A stretch of DNA of 64,000 nucleotides from an uncultured cyanobacterium (GCA_963697335.1 CAVONQ010000018.1:352001-416000), one strand, 5' to 3'; shown: positions 1-11,586, counted from the stretch's first letter. Program-made: numbers and translations. The notes: generated by a model not told the origin, from the letters alone.

Positions 1-381
1 CGCGAACATGCCCCCCAGGCGTTGATGCGCTGGGGGATCCGCGCGCTGGTGGGGGAGAGCTTTGCCGAGATCTTCTACGGCAACTGCCTCGCCCTGGGCC
101 TTCCCTGCCTCACGGCCCCCCATGGGCTGATGCTGGCCATCCAGGAGGCTGCCTCAACCGCCCCCGCCACGGTCTTGAGCCTGACGGTGTCCTCGGCCAC
201 ATTGCAGGCGCCGGGCCAGAGCTGGCCCCTGGAGCTGCCTGCCGGTCCGCGCCAGATGCTCAGCACCGGCCAGTGGGATGCCACCAGCCAGTTGCTGTCC
301 CATCAGAGCGAACTCAGCCGCACCTTGGCGGCGCTGCCCTACGCCAACGGGTTTGCTCCCCTGGATGCCCTGATGGCCTGA
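1..381 (+). CDS. leuD: 3-isopropylmalate dehydratase small subunit, 5'-truncated by window edge
   Basis: Frame from base 1 reads REHAPQALMRWGIRALVGESFAEIFYGNC, the LeuD signature. Confidence 0.93.
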   Translation, partial: REHAPQALMRWGIRALVGESFAEIFYGNCLALGLPCLTAPHGLMLAIQEAASTAPATVLSLTVSSATLQAPGQSWPLELPAGPRQMLSTGQWDATSQLLSHQSELSRTLAALPYANGFAPLDALMA

Positions 382-415
382 GCCAGGGTCTGCAGGAGCT
401 CAGCCACCTCCCTTA

Positions 416-3018
416 TCACCCCCCTCGGTGCTGGGGTCGAGGCACGAACGGGGTGCCGCTGCCGTTGAAGTCGAAGTCGTTGAGGCGGATGCGGATGCCG
501 CCGATGCCGTCATAGGGGCTGTAGAAAACGCCCAGTTCGTAGGCCCTCTGCTGCAGCTTCAGCTCCACGTAGGAGTAGCTCACATCGCCGTAGAAGGTGG
601 AGCCGTTGTCGATGTTGATCGTGGCGCCTGCCTCCAGTACCAGGGGCCCGTAGATCTGCTGGGCGGCGTAGAAGCTCACGGTGCGCAGGTCGACGGCCCG
701 ATCGAAGCCGAAGGGGCTGCCGCCATCAAGGAGGGTGCCCGCCAGGGAGGCGGAGAAGCGGGTGTAGTCGAGCACAGGGCGCTCGAAGCGTCCGATGGTG
801 AAGGAGGGGCCTGCCGCCATGGTGAGGGTGTTCTGCTGGGCACCGTCCTGGTAGAAGGCCGTGCTGCCGTTGATGCCGAAATCCAGGCCGAGGCCGGGAA
901 TCACCGGGATCGGCGCGTAGCGCAGCTGGGCCATGGTGTCGGGGTTGGCGCCATCGCGGTTTTCCCACAACCGCAGGGAGCCGTTCACTCCCCCCGCAGC
1001 ACGCTGCGCCACTGGGTGTCGAGGCTGTCGGTGTCGAACAGGGCTGCCTGATAGTTGCCGCTGAGGGCCCGCCAGTTCAGGCGCAGGGGGGTGAAATAGG
1101 GGGTGCCCTGAGGGGGCTCGTCATCGGCTCGGCTACCAGTCAGCTGAGCCTCGCCCTGGAGCTCGGCCCCATAGGAATACACCAGGGTCTGCAGGCCAAG
1201 GCTGCCGTTGTAGATGCGCTCCCGATAGCTGCCGAACAGCGCCCCCTGGGAGCTGCTGTGGCCCGGCAGGCCCAGAGGGGTGCTCAGCTGGGCGTTGCTG
1301 CGGGTGCCGGCGCGGAAGTTGTCCGGATTGAAGGTGGAGAGGCTGGCATCACCGAGCAGCCGGAAGCGCCCCACGGGCACATCCAGCAGGGTGGCCAGGC
1401 CGAAGAGGTCGCCGAAGCTGGCTTGCTGCTCCACGTCCGGTCCGGCCAGGGAGCTGCCGGGGCGCACGTAGCTATCCGTGCGATCTTCGATCGCACGCTG
1501 GATCATCAGCTGGGGTTGCAGCCGCAGCACCCCTTCCTGGCCCAGCCGCAGCGGGGGCAGGTTGTAGCCCAGGAAGATACCGTCCCGGTCCCGACGGTCG
1601 GAATTCAGGCTGAAGGCGCTCTGCTGCTGGCCGATCTGGGCATCGCGCAGGCCCCGCACCGAGAAGCGATCCCCCAGCAGGATGCGACTGTCGCGACTGC
1701 TGATGCTGGTCACCCCGTCGGGGCGGATCCGGGCCTCCACCCCGCGGGCATAGATCCAGGCCTTGGCGGGGGTGAAGGGGTCGTTGGTGAAGGCCACGGC
1801 ATCAGCGAACCAGCCATCGCGCTGGATGCGGATGCTGGTGGCCTGGAAGCGCAGGCGGGTCAGCGGGCCCTCCTTCGGCGGCTGGGGCCGGTAGCTGCCG
1901 AAGCCTCCAGGGGCGTCGTTCTGCTGCTCGATCAGGGGGGCCAGGTCGATTTTGATCGTGGTGTCCTGGCTCTGGCGGTAGCGCACGCCGCTCACCCGCT
2001 GGTCGATCGGAAGGTCGGGCTCTGTTGGTCCGCTGCTGCCGCTCCGCCGTTCGCCCTGCTCGCCCGCCGCCTGGTCGCCCGTGCCGACGCTCTCGCCGGG
2101 GGCGCGGGGCTCCAGTGCCACGTCGTTGAGGATCTGGCCCAGGGAGCTGTGGCGCGGGCTGGCATCACCCCCGGGGCAGCCCACCGGTGCGGGCATGGTG
2201 GGCTGCGAGCGGCGCCCCGGGGGGAGCAGTTCCAGCAGCGGGCGCGCCTGCGGATCGGCGGTCAGCTCCGGGCAGGCGAAGCTGTCGTCAAGGACCACGG
2301 CGGGTTCGCTGGGAGCTGGCGCTTGGGCAGCGGCGCTGGCTTCGCCCCCTCCCGGCGCGGCACCCCCCACTCCCATCGGCCGCAGGGCCCCGAAGTCGCG
2401 GGCGAGGGTGTCCTGATCCAGCACCCCGTAGACGTCGGTGATGGTGCCGGAGCCCTCCCAGTCGTTGTAGCGGAGGCTGCCGGCCTGCAGCATCTGGTCG
2501 CCACGGACCAGCCGCAACTGGCCGGTGGCCAGCACGCTGCGCCGCCCGTCGCGCAGCTCGATGCGGTCGGCCAGCAGCCGCCAGCCGGCAAAGCGGGCCT
2601 CCACGTTGCCGCTCACCGTCAGGGTGCCCGAAGCGCGGTCGTAGCTCTGCCGATCCGAGCGAACCACCAGCAGCCGTGGCTCCGCAGGTTGCTGGCCGGT
2701 GCCGGCTGCTGGTGGTTCGCTCGGGTCACTCGGTGAGTCGGCCGGGGCTTCGGCGGCCCCCACTGCAGGGGCCAGAGCACTCAGCACCACAAGGGCTGCC
2801 AGCCAGGTCCCGCGCCACTGGCGCCGGCGCCCTGGGCGGGGCCTCATCCTCATCAGGGCGCTGGCTGAAAGACGACGTGCATCAGGTCCGCGGGAGGGGG
2901 GGGCGGTGCATCGGCAGGACCCACAGTGCTGGCTCATGGGCGGAGCAGGGACCGTCGGGGGACGGGCATTCAACTGATCGCCCGCTGGCTGACCGCCCGG
3001 TCGCCGAGCACTGCCCAT
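416..3018 (-). CDS. LptD/OstA-like DUF3769 outer-membrane protein, split by an apparent 1-nt frameshift at 990-995; true start probably near 2853
   Basis: Signal-peptide-like N-terminus, OstA-like segment SDRQSYD...GNVEARF...ADRI, and beta-barrel-like C-terminus (YSPYDGIGGIRIRLNDFDF) spread over ORFs 985..3018 and 416..1012. Confidence 0.7.
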
Positions 3019-3162
3019 GACCTACTCACCCCTCTGGGGGATTCAGGCCTGTCTCAACACGTCGGTCCCCGGACAGAACGGCCTGCGGCCTCGCTGATTC
3101 CGGCTCAGCTGCGCCAACCTGAGGTTTCTCCCAGCCCTGGCCCTACCCGCTGAGCCACCCAG

Positions 3163-3282
3163 TCACTCTTCGAGGTCTTTGCGGCTTGGGGTGCGACTCG
3201 GATCGCTCGCCAGGAAACCGAACACAAAAATCCCGATGAAAAAGAAGACGACCGAATAAACCGAGATCTTGAGAGCGAGCAT
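3163..3282 (-). CDS. psbI: Photosystem II reaction center protein I
   Basis: [39 protein letters not shown] (39 aa). Confidence 0.97.
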   Translation of the reverse strand: MLALKISVYSVVFFFIGIFVFGFLASDPSRTPSRKDLEE

Positions 3283-3441
3283 GGTTCGGTCTTGTGCGGA
3301 GCGGGCAGGTAACAGGGAGTGACGGCCATCTCTGAGGACCTCGTCGACCCTCAGGCAGCGGCCCCATCCTATGGGACCTGGCCTGCCATCCAACGATGCC
3401 CAGGGCCATGACCGCTGGCCTGCAGCCTCACAAGCCTCACT

Positions 3442-6363
3442 TTGAAACGAATCAGTCCCGTTCCCGCTCCGCTCGACCTGCAGGCCCGCTGGCACTGTCC
3501 CCAGCCCGACGGTGGCGCGGGCTCCGCCCTGGAGCATCCCTGGGGAGCGCGTCATCGTCCGGATTGGCAGGCCCGAGGCCTGGTGATCTGGCCCCGGGGA
3601 GGCCAGTGGACCTGCCTGACCCTGCAGCTGCCCTGCCCCGGGACGTGGCAGTTGGCCCAGGCGGAGACGGCTGGCCTGCGGGCCCGGCTGGCCCTGCGCT
3701 GGTGGGCCGATCAGGCCGAGTTGTGGGTCGATGGCGCCCTGGTGCACCGCGGCGATCTCTTTGACACGGCCTGCCGCTGGCCCTTGCCCCAGCGCTGGTG
3801 GCGGGGGGAGGCGCTGCGGCTCGAGCTGCGACTGCGCAGCCCCCTGCACGACGACGGTGCCCTGATCCACAGCAGCATCGACCTCGAACCCCTGGATCCT
3901 GAAGATCCCCTGGGGGTGCTGCAACCGGCCCGGGAGGCCCTGCTGGCCCTGCGTCAGCAGGCCGGCCAGCCCGAGGAGCTGCCCCCTGGGGCGGGGCTGC
4001 ACGTGCTGGGCCACGCCCATCTCGATCTGGCCTGGCTGTGGCCCGTGGCCGACACCTGGCAGGCGGCGGAGCGCACCTTCAGCTCGGCCCTGGATCTGAT
4101 CGATCGCTTCCCCGACCTCCACTTCGCCCACTCCACCCCGGCGCTCTACGCCTGGCTGGAGCGCCAGCGCCCTGCCCTGCTGCGGCGCCTCCAGGCGGCC
4201 GTGCGCGCCGGCCGCTTTGAGCCGATCAACGGCCCCTGGGTGGAAACCGACTGCGTGCTGATCAGCACCGCCTCGCTGCTGCGCCAGTTCCAGGAGGGCC
4301 AGCACGACAGCCGCCGCCGCTTCCCGGGTCTGAGCCATCAGCTGGCCTGGCTGCCCGACAGCTTCGGCTTTGGGGCGGGTCTGCCGGCGGTGGCCGCGGC
4401 CACCGATGTGCGCTGGTTCTGCACCCACAAACTGTTCTGGAATGCCACCAACGCCTTCCCGCACCGGCTGTTTCGCTGGCGCAGCCGCTGTGGCAGCGAG
4501 CTGCTGGCCCTGATGAGCGCGCCGATCGGCACCGATGGCGATCCCCTCGCCATGGAGCGGCACCGGCTGGAGTGGCAGGGGGCCACCGGGCTGCCCCAGG
4601 CCCTCTGGCTGCCGGGGGTCGGCGACCACGGCGGCGGCCCCACCGCCGAGATGCTGGAGCAGCTGGAGCTGTGGCGGCACCAGCCCGATGCGGCGCCCCA
4701 GAGCCACGGCAGCCTCCGCTCCTTCCTGGCGGGCCTCGAGCCCCTGCGCCCGCAGCTGCCGGTGTGGCGCGATGAGCTCTATCTCGAACTGCACCGGGGC
4801 TGCGCCACCACCCGGCCCGACCAGAAACGCCACAACCGCACCCTGGAGCGGCTGCTCCGGGAAGCTGGGCTGGCCGCCGTGCTGGCAGGGGCGCGCCAGC
4901 AGCCCGATTGGCAGCCCCTGCTGTTTCAGCAGTTCCACGACATCCTTCCGGGCACGGCGATCCCGGAGGTGTTCGAGCAGGCTGAGCCCGTCTGGCGCGC
5001 TGCTCGACGCCAGGCCCGGGCTGCCCGCGATCGCCATCTCCAGCAGTGGCTGGGCCTCACCCCTGCCGGGCCGCCTGCTGCTCGCCAGGGCGGCCCAGAG
5101 CGGTGGTGGGCCGTTCAGATGCAGCCACTTTCGGCGCGTCGCCGGGTGCGGAGGCTGCCGGCGGGGCTCTGGAGCGCTGCCGGAGCCCTGTTGCCCCAGC
5201 AGGGGGCTGCCGCCGGTGGCGACTGGGTGCAACTCCCCGCCCTGGCTGGCGTGGTGGCCCAGCCCCTGGAGCGCCATGCGGCCGTGGCTGCCGCCCAGCC
5301 GCTGGAGCCGCAGTCGGCGGTGGTGGAGCAGCCGGTCTGGACCGCCGGCCAGCGGGCCGGCAACGGCCTGATCGCCGTGGAGCTCGGCCAGCACGGCGTG
5401 GAGCAGCTCTGGGACCAGGACGGCCGCAGCCTGCTGGCCGAGCCCCTGCGCTGGTGCCGCTACGCCGATCGCGGTCAGTTCTGGGACGCCTGGGACCTGG
5501 CCCCTGACCACGCCGACCACCCGCTCCCCTGGACCTGGCAGGGGGCACCGGTGTGGCGTGAGCGGGGGCCGCTCTGTGCCAGCTTCGTGTGGCGGGGCCG
5601 ATTCGGCCGCAGTCGGGTGCGGCTGGAGGGGCGGCTGCTCGCCGCGACCCCCTGGCTCGAGCTGATGTTGAGCATCGACTGGCACCAGCGCCATGAGCTG
5701 CTGCGGCTGGAGCTGCCCCTGGCAGAGCCCGCCCAGCGCTGGGCGGCCGACACGTCCGGTGGGGTGCTGGAGCGTCCGGCCGTGGCCGTGACCGCCCGTG
5801 AGCAGGCCCGCTGGGAGGTGGCCGCGATCAGTTGGCTGGCCTCCGCGGGCCGCGGCGGCGGTCTGGCGGTGCTGCTGGATGGGCCCCAGGGGGTGTCCTG
5901 TGATGCCGGGCGGCTTGGGGTGTCCCTGCTGCGGGCTCCCACCTGGCCCGACCCCGGTGCCGACAACGGCCGCCGCCGCCAGCGGCTGGCCCTGATGGCC
6001 GCAGCCCCCACCTGGGCCCAGGCCGCCATCCCCGACCACGCCCAGGTTTTCCGCGAGCCGCTCTGGCTGGGGCGCGCTGCGGCAGCGGGGGATGGGCGGG
6101 CGGCCCCCCGGGAGGGTTTGCCCCCCCTGGCCGAGGGGCTCGCCCTGCTGGGGCTATGGCCCAGCAGGGCCAGCGAGGGGACGGCGGCCCAGGCCGTGAT
6201 CGCCGTGGCCAACCACTCGGCCTGTCGGCGCCGGCTTGAGCTGGGCCCCGGCTGGACGGTGCTGGCGAGGGTCAATGGACTTGAGGAGACCGTTGCAGCC
6301 GCCCAGGAGCACGAGCTTCAGCCCTGGCAGCTGGGGTTCTGGCGCCTGGGCCGCAACAGCTGA
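3442..6363 (+). CDS. Alpha-mannosidase, glycoside hydrolase family 38 (start uncertain)
   Basis: [36 protein letters not shown] and QFHDILPG motifs. Confidence 0.9.
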   Translation: MKRISPVPAPLDLQARWHCPQPDGGAGSALEHPWGARHRPDWQARGLVIWPRGGQWTCLTLQLPCPGTWQLAQAETAGLRARLALRWWADQAELWVDGALVHRGDLFDTACRWPLPQRWWRGEALRLELRLRSPLHDDGALIHSSIDLEPLDPEDPLGVLQPAREALLALRQQAGQPEELPPGAGLHVLGHAHLDLAWLWPVADTWQAAERTFSSALDLIDRFPDLHFAHSTPALYAWLERQRPALLRRLQAAVRAGRFEPINGPWVETDCVLISTASLLRQFQEGQHDSRRRFPGLSHQLAWLPDSFGFGAGLPAVAAATDVRWFCTHKLFWNATNAFPHRLFRWRSRCGSELLALMSAPIGTDGDPLAMERHRLEWQGATGLPQALWLPGVGDHGGGPTAEMLEQLELWRHQPDAAPQSHGSLRSFLAGLEPLRPQLPVWRDELYLELHRGCATTRPDQKRHNRTLERLLREAGLAAVLAGARQQPDWQPLLFQQFHDILPGTAIPEVFEQAEPVWRAARRQARAARDRHLQQWLGLTPAGPPAARQGGPERWWAVQMQPLSARRRVRRLPAGLWSAAGALLPQQGAAAGGDWVQLPALAGVVAQPLERHAAVAAAQPLEPQSAVVEQPVWTAGQRAGNGLIAVELGQHGVEQLWDQDGRSLLAEPLRWCRYADRGQFWDAWDLAPDHADHPLPWTWQGAPVWRERGPLCASFVWRGRFGRSRVRLEGRLLAATPWLELMLSIDWHQRHELLRLELPLAEPAQRWAADTSGGVLERPAVAVTAREQARWEVAAISWLASAGRGGGLAVLLDGPQGVSCDAGRLGVSLLRAPTWPDPGADNGRRRQRLALMAAAPTWAQAAIPDHAQVFREPLWLGRAAAAGDGRAAPREGLPPLAEGLALLGLWPSRASEGTAAQAVIAVANHSACRRRLELGPGWTVLARVNGLEETVAAAQEHELQPWQLGFWRLGRNS

Positions 6364-6429
6364 ACCTGGGCCCAGAAGGCTGTGCCAGAGGCGTTTCGAT
6401 GCCGCTGTTGATCCGCCCTCGCGGACGCC

Positions 6430-6579
6430 TCAGTCCTCGTGATCGTCGAAGGGATCGGTGAGCTGGCGGGAGGGCGGCCCAAAGGCCATGTAGATGCCGA
6501 AGCCGGTGAGCCCAAGCAACACGGCCAGCACGGCCAGGGCGACGGAGAGGGCAGGCGAGCCGCTGGTGCTGGGATCCAT
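6430..6579 (-). CDS. psbN: Photosystem II assembly protein PsbN
   Basis: One TM helix then GIYMAFGPPSRQLTDPFDDHED; divergent from psbH. Confidence 0.95.
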   Translation of the reverse strand: MDPSTSGSPALSVALAVLAVLLGLTGFGIYMAFGPPSRQLTDPFDDHED

Positions 6580-6716
6580 GGGGGAAGGCAGGGGGGCGGG
6601 CGAACGGGAGGGAGGGCCCCAACGATCGGTCACATCTCTCGAAAGCCTGGCGCACAAGGCCTTGGAGAGCACTAGAGTAGCCATCCCAACACCTCAGGCG
6701 AGAGGCCCAAGCAGCC

Positions 6717-6917
6717 ATGGCTCAACGCACACCTCTCGGAGATCTGCTGCGTCCACTGAATTCCGAATACGGCAAAGTCGTGCCCGGCTGGGGTACCACC
6801 GCCGTCATGGGCATCTTCATGGCCCTGTTTCTGGTGTTCCTGCTGGTGATCCTGCAGCTCTACAACCAGTCACTTCTGCTCGAAGGCATCAACGTGAACT
6901 GGAACGGTGCAGGCTGA
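6717..6917 (+). CDS. psbH: Photosystem II protein H
   Basis: [18 protein letters not shown] motif. Confidence 0.97.
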   Translation: MAQRTPLGDLLRPLNSEYGKVVPGWGTTAVMGIFMALFLVFLLVILQLYNQSLLLEGINVNWNGAG

Positions 6918-6941
6918 GCCTGACCCCTACAGGTTCCTGCG

Positions 6942-7280
6942 ATGAACATCTTCGGAATCGGCCTGCCCGAGATGGCGGTGATCGCCGCCATCGGTTTGCT
7001 GGTGTTTGGGCCCAAGCGGCTGCCCGAGCTGGGCCGCACCCTGGGCCGGACGATCAAGGGCTTTCAATCGGCCTCCTCCGAATTTGAGCAGGAGTTCCGC
7101 ACCGCCATCAACAGCTTTGAAGCCACCGCTTCTGGGGCCGAATCTGCAGCACCCTCCGCCTCTCCTGCCCAGCTCTCGGTACCGCCAGCTGCTGTAGAGC
7201 CCGTTGTTGACACTGCCCCGACGCAAGCAGACTCTGCTGGGCACGACACTGGACCAGAGCCAGGGCCAAGCGCGATGTGA
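6942..7280 (+). CDS. tatA: Twin-arginine translocase subunit TatA/E
   Basis: MNIFGIGLPEMAVIAAIGLLVFGPKRLPELGRTLG. Confidence 0.92.
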   Translation: MNIFGIGLPEMAVIAAIGLLVFGPKRLPELGRTLGRTIKGFQSASSEFEQEFRTAINSFEATASGAESAAPSASPAQLSVPPAAVEPVVDTAPTQADSAGHDTGPEPGPSAM

Positions 7281-7332
7281 TCCCCGGCGCCAGCCTGAGG
7301 CTAGGGTCGCCAGCCTTCCCACGACGCGGTCC

Positions 7333-7968
7333 TTGCCGGTAGATCCGTCCACCAACAGTCCTCCCCTGCAGTTGGTGGTGGGGCTTGGGAACCCCGGCTC
7401 CCGCTATGCCGGCACCCGGCACAACGTCGGCTTCATGGCCCTGGAGCGCCTGGCCGCGGCCGCAGGCGTGACCTTCCGTCAGCAGGCCAAACTCCATGGC
7501 CTGCTGGCGGATCTGGGCCACGGAGATCAGCGCCTGCGGCTGCTGATGCCCCAGACGTTCATGAATGAGAGCGGCCGCTCGATTCGCGCTGCCCTCGGCT
7601 GGTTTTCAGTTGAGCCCGGCCAGCTGCTCGTGCTCGTGGATGACATGGACCTGCCCCTGGGCCGGCTGCGCCTGCGCGTCAGCGGCAGTGCCGGCGGCCA
7701 CAACGGCCTGCGCAGCACCATCAGCCAGCTCGGCACCCAGGATTTCCCCCGGCTGCGGATCGGTATCGGTGCCCCGGCCGACAATCCCGCCGAGCGACGC
7801 GCCCGCACCGTGGGTCACGTGTTGGGGCGCTTCTCCCCGGCCGAGCAGCCCTGCCTCGAGGACGTGCTCAGCGAGGTGGAGGCGGGCATCGGCCTGATCC
7901 AGCGCCAGGGTCTGGAACGGGCTGGTAATCGTTTGAACAGTTTTCAGCCCCAGCACCCCCCAGCCTGA
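7333..7968 (+). CDS. pth: Peptidyl-tRNA hydrolase (start uncertain; ORF open from 7204)
   Basis: LVVGLGNPG, TRHNVGF, PQTFMNESG, GSAGGHNGL motifs. Confidence 0.95.
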   Translation: MPVDPSTNSPPLQLVVGLGNPGSRYAGTRHNVGFMALERLAAAAGVTFRQQAKLHGLLADLGHGDQRLRLLMPQTFMNESGRSIRAALGWFSVEPGQLLVLVDDMDLPLGRLRLRVSGSAGGHNGLRSTISQLGTQDFPRLRIGIGAPADNPAERRARTVGHVLGRFSPAEQPCLEDVLSEVEAGIGLIQRQGLERAGNRLNSFQPQHPPA

Positions 7969-7972
7969 GCGG

Positions 7973-8230
7973 ATGGCCTCTCTGCCCCTCACCACGGCCC
8001 AGTTGCGGGTGTTGCACCAGAGCTTCAGCCATCGACGGCTGGAGGGGGAGGTGAGCGCCGGTGGCTTCCATTGGACCTTCAGCTGGGCCTTCGACCGCGG
8101 TGAATTGCAGGTGGAGCCCTCCCTCGGGCGGGCGCTGATCCAGGACGCCCTGTTGCGCTTCCTGCTCAAGGCCGACTACCAGCTCGAGCCCGGTGGCGAT
8201 TACGCCTTCACGGTGCGCGCCCGCTTCTAG
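7973..8230 (+). CDS. Conserved cyanobacterial protein (DUF3146-like)
   Basis: 85 aa with GEVSAGGF...PSLGRALI...YQLEPGGDY, at its usual position after pth. Confidence 0.7.
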   Translation: MASLPLTTAQLRVLHQSFSHRRLEGEVSAGGFHWTFSWAFDRGELQVEPSLGRALIQDALLRFLLKADYQLEPGGDYAFTVRARF

Positions 8231-8673
8231 GCGGGCCAGTGGCGCAGCAGCGGCGTGTCCTCCCGGCTGAGCGGGTGCCCCAGCCAGCGCTCCAGCAGCA
8301 GCTGGGCCACCACGTCGTCGACATCCCGGGGGGGCAGGCGCAGGCCGGGGGGCAGCAGCCGGCGCCAGCTGCCGGCCCCCTCCAGCTCCCAGAAGCGGCT
8401 GCGGGCCTCCAGGGTGGTGCCCCGCTCATCCACCGAATGGGGATCCAGGCCGCAGCCGCGGAGCTGGGACGGCCAGGGGCCACTACCGGTGCCGTTGCCG
8501 AGCACCACCTGCGCCAGACCGCGCTGCTGCTGCCAGTGCCGCAACAGGTTCAATGCCTCCGCCGGCGCCAGGATCGCAGCCTGCAGCAGCACCGACGCCC
8601 TGGAATCGGCCAGCACCACTCCGCACTTGCTGCGCCCGGGATCGAGCCCAGCCAGCAGGAACGCCCCGCTCAC
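8227..8673 (-). CDS. YqgF/RuvX-like RNase H-fold resolvase family protein
   Basis: GLDPGRSKCG, LGNGTGS, VDERGTTLEAR, DDVVA motifs. Confidence 0.8.
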   Translation of the reverse strand: MSGAFLLAGLDPGRSKCGVVLADSRASVLLQAAILAPAEALNLLRHWQQQRGLAQVVLGNGTGSGPWPSQLRGCGLDPHSVDERGTTLEARSRFWELEGAGSWRRLLPPGLRLPPRDVDDVVAQLLLERWLGHPLSREDTPLLRHWPA

Positions 8674-9908
8674 GGGCGGCCTGCCCCGGTGGTGCCTGAA
8701 ATCCTCAGCTCCACAGAGATCGGATCGGGGGTGTCGGCATCGCGCAGGGCCACCGCCTCGAGCTGCACCACCGAGGCGGCTGGGCGCTCCGCCAGGCGGC
8801 GGGTGAGCTGGTTGAAGCCGGCAGCATCGAACTGCAACCCATCTTCGATCGTGCCCTGGCGCTGGGCCTGGGCGTAGGCAGCCGCCAGCAGCAGGTTGAG
8901 CCTTCGGGCCAGCTGGTCGGGGTTGCGCAGGCCGGCCTCGATCGTGGTGCGGGCCATCACCTCACCGGCTGCCACCACCCGCCGGTTGGGGCGCAGGTCG
9001 GGGAAGGCCAGCACCTGCCTCTCGCCGCGCAGCACGTTGGCGGCCGAGAGAATGCTCACCACCCAGGTGCCGGGCCGCTCCAGCAGGCCCTCCAGGCGGT
9101 TGATGTCGTTGCTGGGCACCAGCAGGATCTGCCGATCCACCGCCTCCCCGGGCAGCACGCGCCTGAAGGCGTTGAGGTTGGCCTGCTGCAGCAACGCATT
9201 GATCACTTCTCTGGCCTGGCTGGGGTTCTCCAGCTTCACCTTGGCGCTGGCCAGGGGTTGGCCGGTGGTGATCACCACGTCGCCGCGCCGCAGGGCGATC
9301 AGGTTGTTCTCGAGCTCCCGCAGCTCCTGGGCCCCTGCCGCGATCCGCTCACGCACCGTGGCCAGCTCAGCCTCGGTGCGCTGGATCTCAGCGTCCCGGC
9401 CCCGCACCACCTCACTGAGACGAGCCCGTTGACCCTCCAGGCTCACGTTCTGCTTCTCGAGCGCCAGCTTGTCGCGCTCCAGCCTGGCGCGCTGGGCCTG
9501 CAGGGGGGCCAGCTCCTTGCGCAGGGCAGCACTGCGCCGTTCGGCCTGGGCCAGTTCCTGCTGCACCTTGCGTTGACCCGCCTGGGCCCGGGCCACCTCC
9601 GCCTGGCTGGTGCTGAGCCGCTGGCGGCTGGCCTCGAGCTGGTTGCGGGTGCCGCTGAGCCGCTCCTCTAGCTGGTCGAGCTCGAACAGGCCCGTGCGCA
9701 GACGCTCACTCACCAGCAGCATCAGCCCGAGGGACATGGCGCTGATCAGGCTGCCCGTGAGCACCGTGATCAGCACGGCAGTGCGCCGCGGCCGCAGGTT
9801 GAACAGGCTCAGCCTGGCCTTGCCGACCCGGCTGCCCAGTCGGTCGCCCAGGGTGGAGAGCACGCCGCCCAGAACCAGCAGCGCCAGGATCAGAATCCAG
9901 CCCGACAC
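8670..9908 (-). CDS. DUF3084-like membrane-anchored coiled-coil protein
   Basis: N-terminal TMs, GDRLGSRVGKARLSLFNLRPRRTA, long coiled coil; downstream of ntcA. Confidence 0.8.
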   Translation of the reverse strand: MSGWILILALLVLGGVLSTLGDRLGSRVGKARLSLFNLRPRRTAVLITVLTGSLISAMSLGLMLLVSERLRTGLFELDQLEERLSGTRNQLEASRQRLSTSQAEVARAQAGQRKVQQELAQAERRSAALRKELAPLQAQRARLERDKLALEKQNVSLEGQRARLSEVVRGRDAEIQRTEAELATVRERIAAGAQELRELENNLIALRRGDVVITTGQPLASAKVKLENPSQAREVINALLQQANLNAFRRVLPGEAVDRQILLVPSNDINRLEGLLERPGTWVVSILSAANVLRGERQVLAFPDLRPNRRVVAAGEVMARTTIEAGLRNPDQLARRLNLLLAAAYAQAQRQGTIEDGLQFDAAGFNQLTRRLAERPAASVVQLEAVALRDADTPDPISVELRISGTTGAGRP

Positions 9909-9963
9909 AGATGTCCTCGTATGGGGCCAGTATCCCGCCTTGGCCGTTGTGCTCCGGCTGAGG

Positions 9964-10704
9964 TCAGCTGAAGCGCTTGGCCAGGGCGATCGGATCGAAG
10001 ACGGTGATCTTCTTCCGGTCGATCTGCACCAGGCCCTCGTTGCGCAGGTCTCCCAGCAGGCGTGTGATCGTCACCCGGGTGGAGCCGATGGCCTCGGCGA
10101 TCGCCTGGTGGGAGAGGCGCAGGTCGATGGTGATGCCCTCTGAGCCCGGCACGCCGAAGTCGCGGCAGAGCACCAGCAGAAAGCTCACGAGCCGCGAACT
10201 CATGTCCCGGTGCGTCAGCGTCTCGATCATGGTTTCGGTCTGCAGGATCCGCGAGGAGAGCCCCTGCAGCAGCAGCAGGCCCACGCTGGCGTCCTGTTCG
10301 ATCGCCTTGCGCACCGAGGTGGCCGGTGCGCTCAGGAGCTCCACGCGGGTGAAGGCGATGGCGTGGTAGAAGCGATCGGAGCGTTGGCCCGTGAGCAGGG
10401 AGAGCACACCGAAGAGGCTGTTCTCCCGCAGTAGCGCCACGGTGATCTCCTCGCCAGATTCGTAGACCCGCGAGAGCCGGACGGCTCCACGCCGCAGCAG
10501 GTAAACCCGCTCGGCCGGATCCCCGGGGAAAAAGATCGTCTTGCTGCGCTCGATCGCCTCAACGCTGCTGCCCCCCAGGGCGCGGATCACCTCCAGCAGG
10601 GTCTGGTTGCCCTGGCCGGCGGCGCCCATGCCGCCTACCACCCCTGGTGCACCGCTGCTGGGGGTGTTGGCGGTACGGCTGAACCCGCGTGTGGCGCCAA
10701 CCAT
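9964..10704 (-). CDS. ntcA: Global nitrogen regulator NtcA (CRP family)
   Basis: [55 protein letters not shown]. Confidence 0.97.
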   Translation of the reverse strand: MVGATRGFSRTANTPSSGAPGVVGGMGAAGQGNQTLLEVIRALGGSSVEAIERSKTIFFPGDPAERVYLLRRGAVRLSRVYESGEEITVALLRENSLFGVLSLLTGQRSDRFYHAIAFTRVELLSAPATSVRKAIEQDASVGLLLLQGLSSRILQTETMIETLTHRDMSSRLVSFLLVLCRDFGVPGSEGITIDLRLSHQAIAEAIGSTRVTITRLLGDLRNEGLVQIDRKKITVFDPIALAKRFS

Positions 10705-10727
10705 GGCTGGGTCAGACAGATCGGCGG

Positions 10728-10769
10728 ACCCTATAGATGCGCTGGGGCCCCCCATGTAGCAACGGGCAC
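10728..10769 (-). promoter_or_regulatory. NtcA-activated promoter of ntcA: GTG-N8-TAC box (10769-10756), 22 nt, then TA-N3-T -10 (TAGGGT, 10733-10728)
   Basis: Minus strand GTGcccgttgcTAC-N22-TAgggT; the spacing matches the canonical NtcA class II promoter. Confidence 0.75.
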
Positions 10770-10938
10770 GCTTTGGGGCCGGTGAACACGGGCGCACCGG
10801 CGCGGGTGCGGTTCCAACCAGGAGGCCCTGGCCCTGGAGACGGCCACTGACGTGCGCCTGCACCCACTACAGGTGGTGGTTGTGCCCAGCGCTACGCCAT
10901 GCGACCGCTACATTCAGTCCTGCGTCGCTGCAGGGTCC

Positions 10939-11586
10939 ATGACCGCCAGTCTCTCGAGCAGCCCCGGTTCCGGAGTCCGGCTTGAGGTGGTGGGCCCGGC
11001 GCCTGCTGAGGCCGCTGTGCTGCCGGCCCATCGGCCGGTAGCCCCCATGGCGCTCCCTGCGGCGTCCCTGCCGGCGACGGTGCGTCCGCTGCGCCTGCTG
11101 GTCCAGCCGGAGGGCATGCTGCAGGTGCACACCGCGCCGTTCCGGGGCAGCGTGGCTGCGGTGCTCAGCCTCGCCCTGCGCAGCGCCGGCCTCGGCAGCA
11201 GGGTGCTGGTGAGCCAGTTGCTCAAGGGTGGGGTGGAGCAGGGCCTGGCCGCGAGCCCGTGGCTGTGCGGGCGCCTCCAGTGGCTACGGCCGGCGGTGGC
11301 CACCTGCCTGGCCGAACCGGCCGCCACCCATGGTGGCGAGATCCTGGAGGCGGTGCAGGAGGTGTGGAGCTTCAGCCGCCAGCAGCTGCTCCAAGGCAAC
11401 GTCGATCTGATGGTGCTCGATGAGCTCGGCCTCGCCGTGGAGCTGGGCTACCTGCCGCTCCAGGAGGTGCTCACCACGCTGGAACAGCGTCCGCCCCACC
11501 TGGATGTCATTCTGACCGGACCCTCCATGGCACCTGAGCTGATGGCCCTGGCCGACCAGGTCACCCAGCTCCGCCGCGGCCACTAG
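10939..11586 (+). CDS. Cob(I)alamin adenosyltransferase family (CobO/BtuR-like) protein
   Basis: GMLQVHTAPFRG, QLLKGG, DLMVLDELGLAV, DVILTG. Confidence 0.8.
   Translation: MTASLSSSPGSGVRLEVVGPAPAEAAVLPAHRPVAPMALPAASLPATVRPLRLLVQPEGMLQVHTAPFRGSVAAVLSLALRSAGLGSRVLVSQLLKGGVEQGLAASPWLCGRLQWLRPAVATCLAEPAATHGGEILEAVQEVWSFSRQQLLQGNVDLMVLDELGLAVELGYLPLQEVLTTLEQRPPHLDVILTGPSMAPELMALADQVTQLRRGH

Noticed and set aside
3163..6039. 958-aa minus-strand ORF
   Set aside because: Antisense shadow of the GH38 mannosidase in high-GC DNA; only the last 39 codons (psbI) are a real gene
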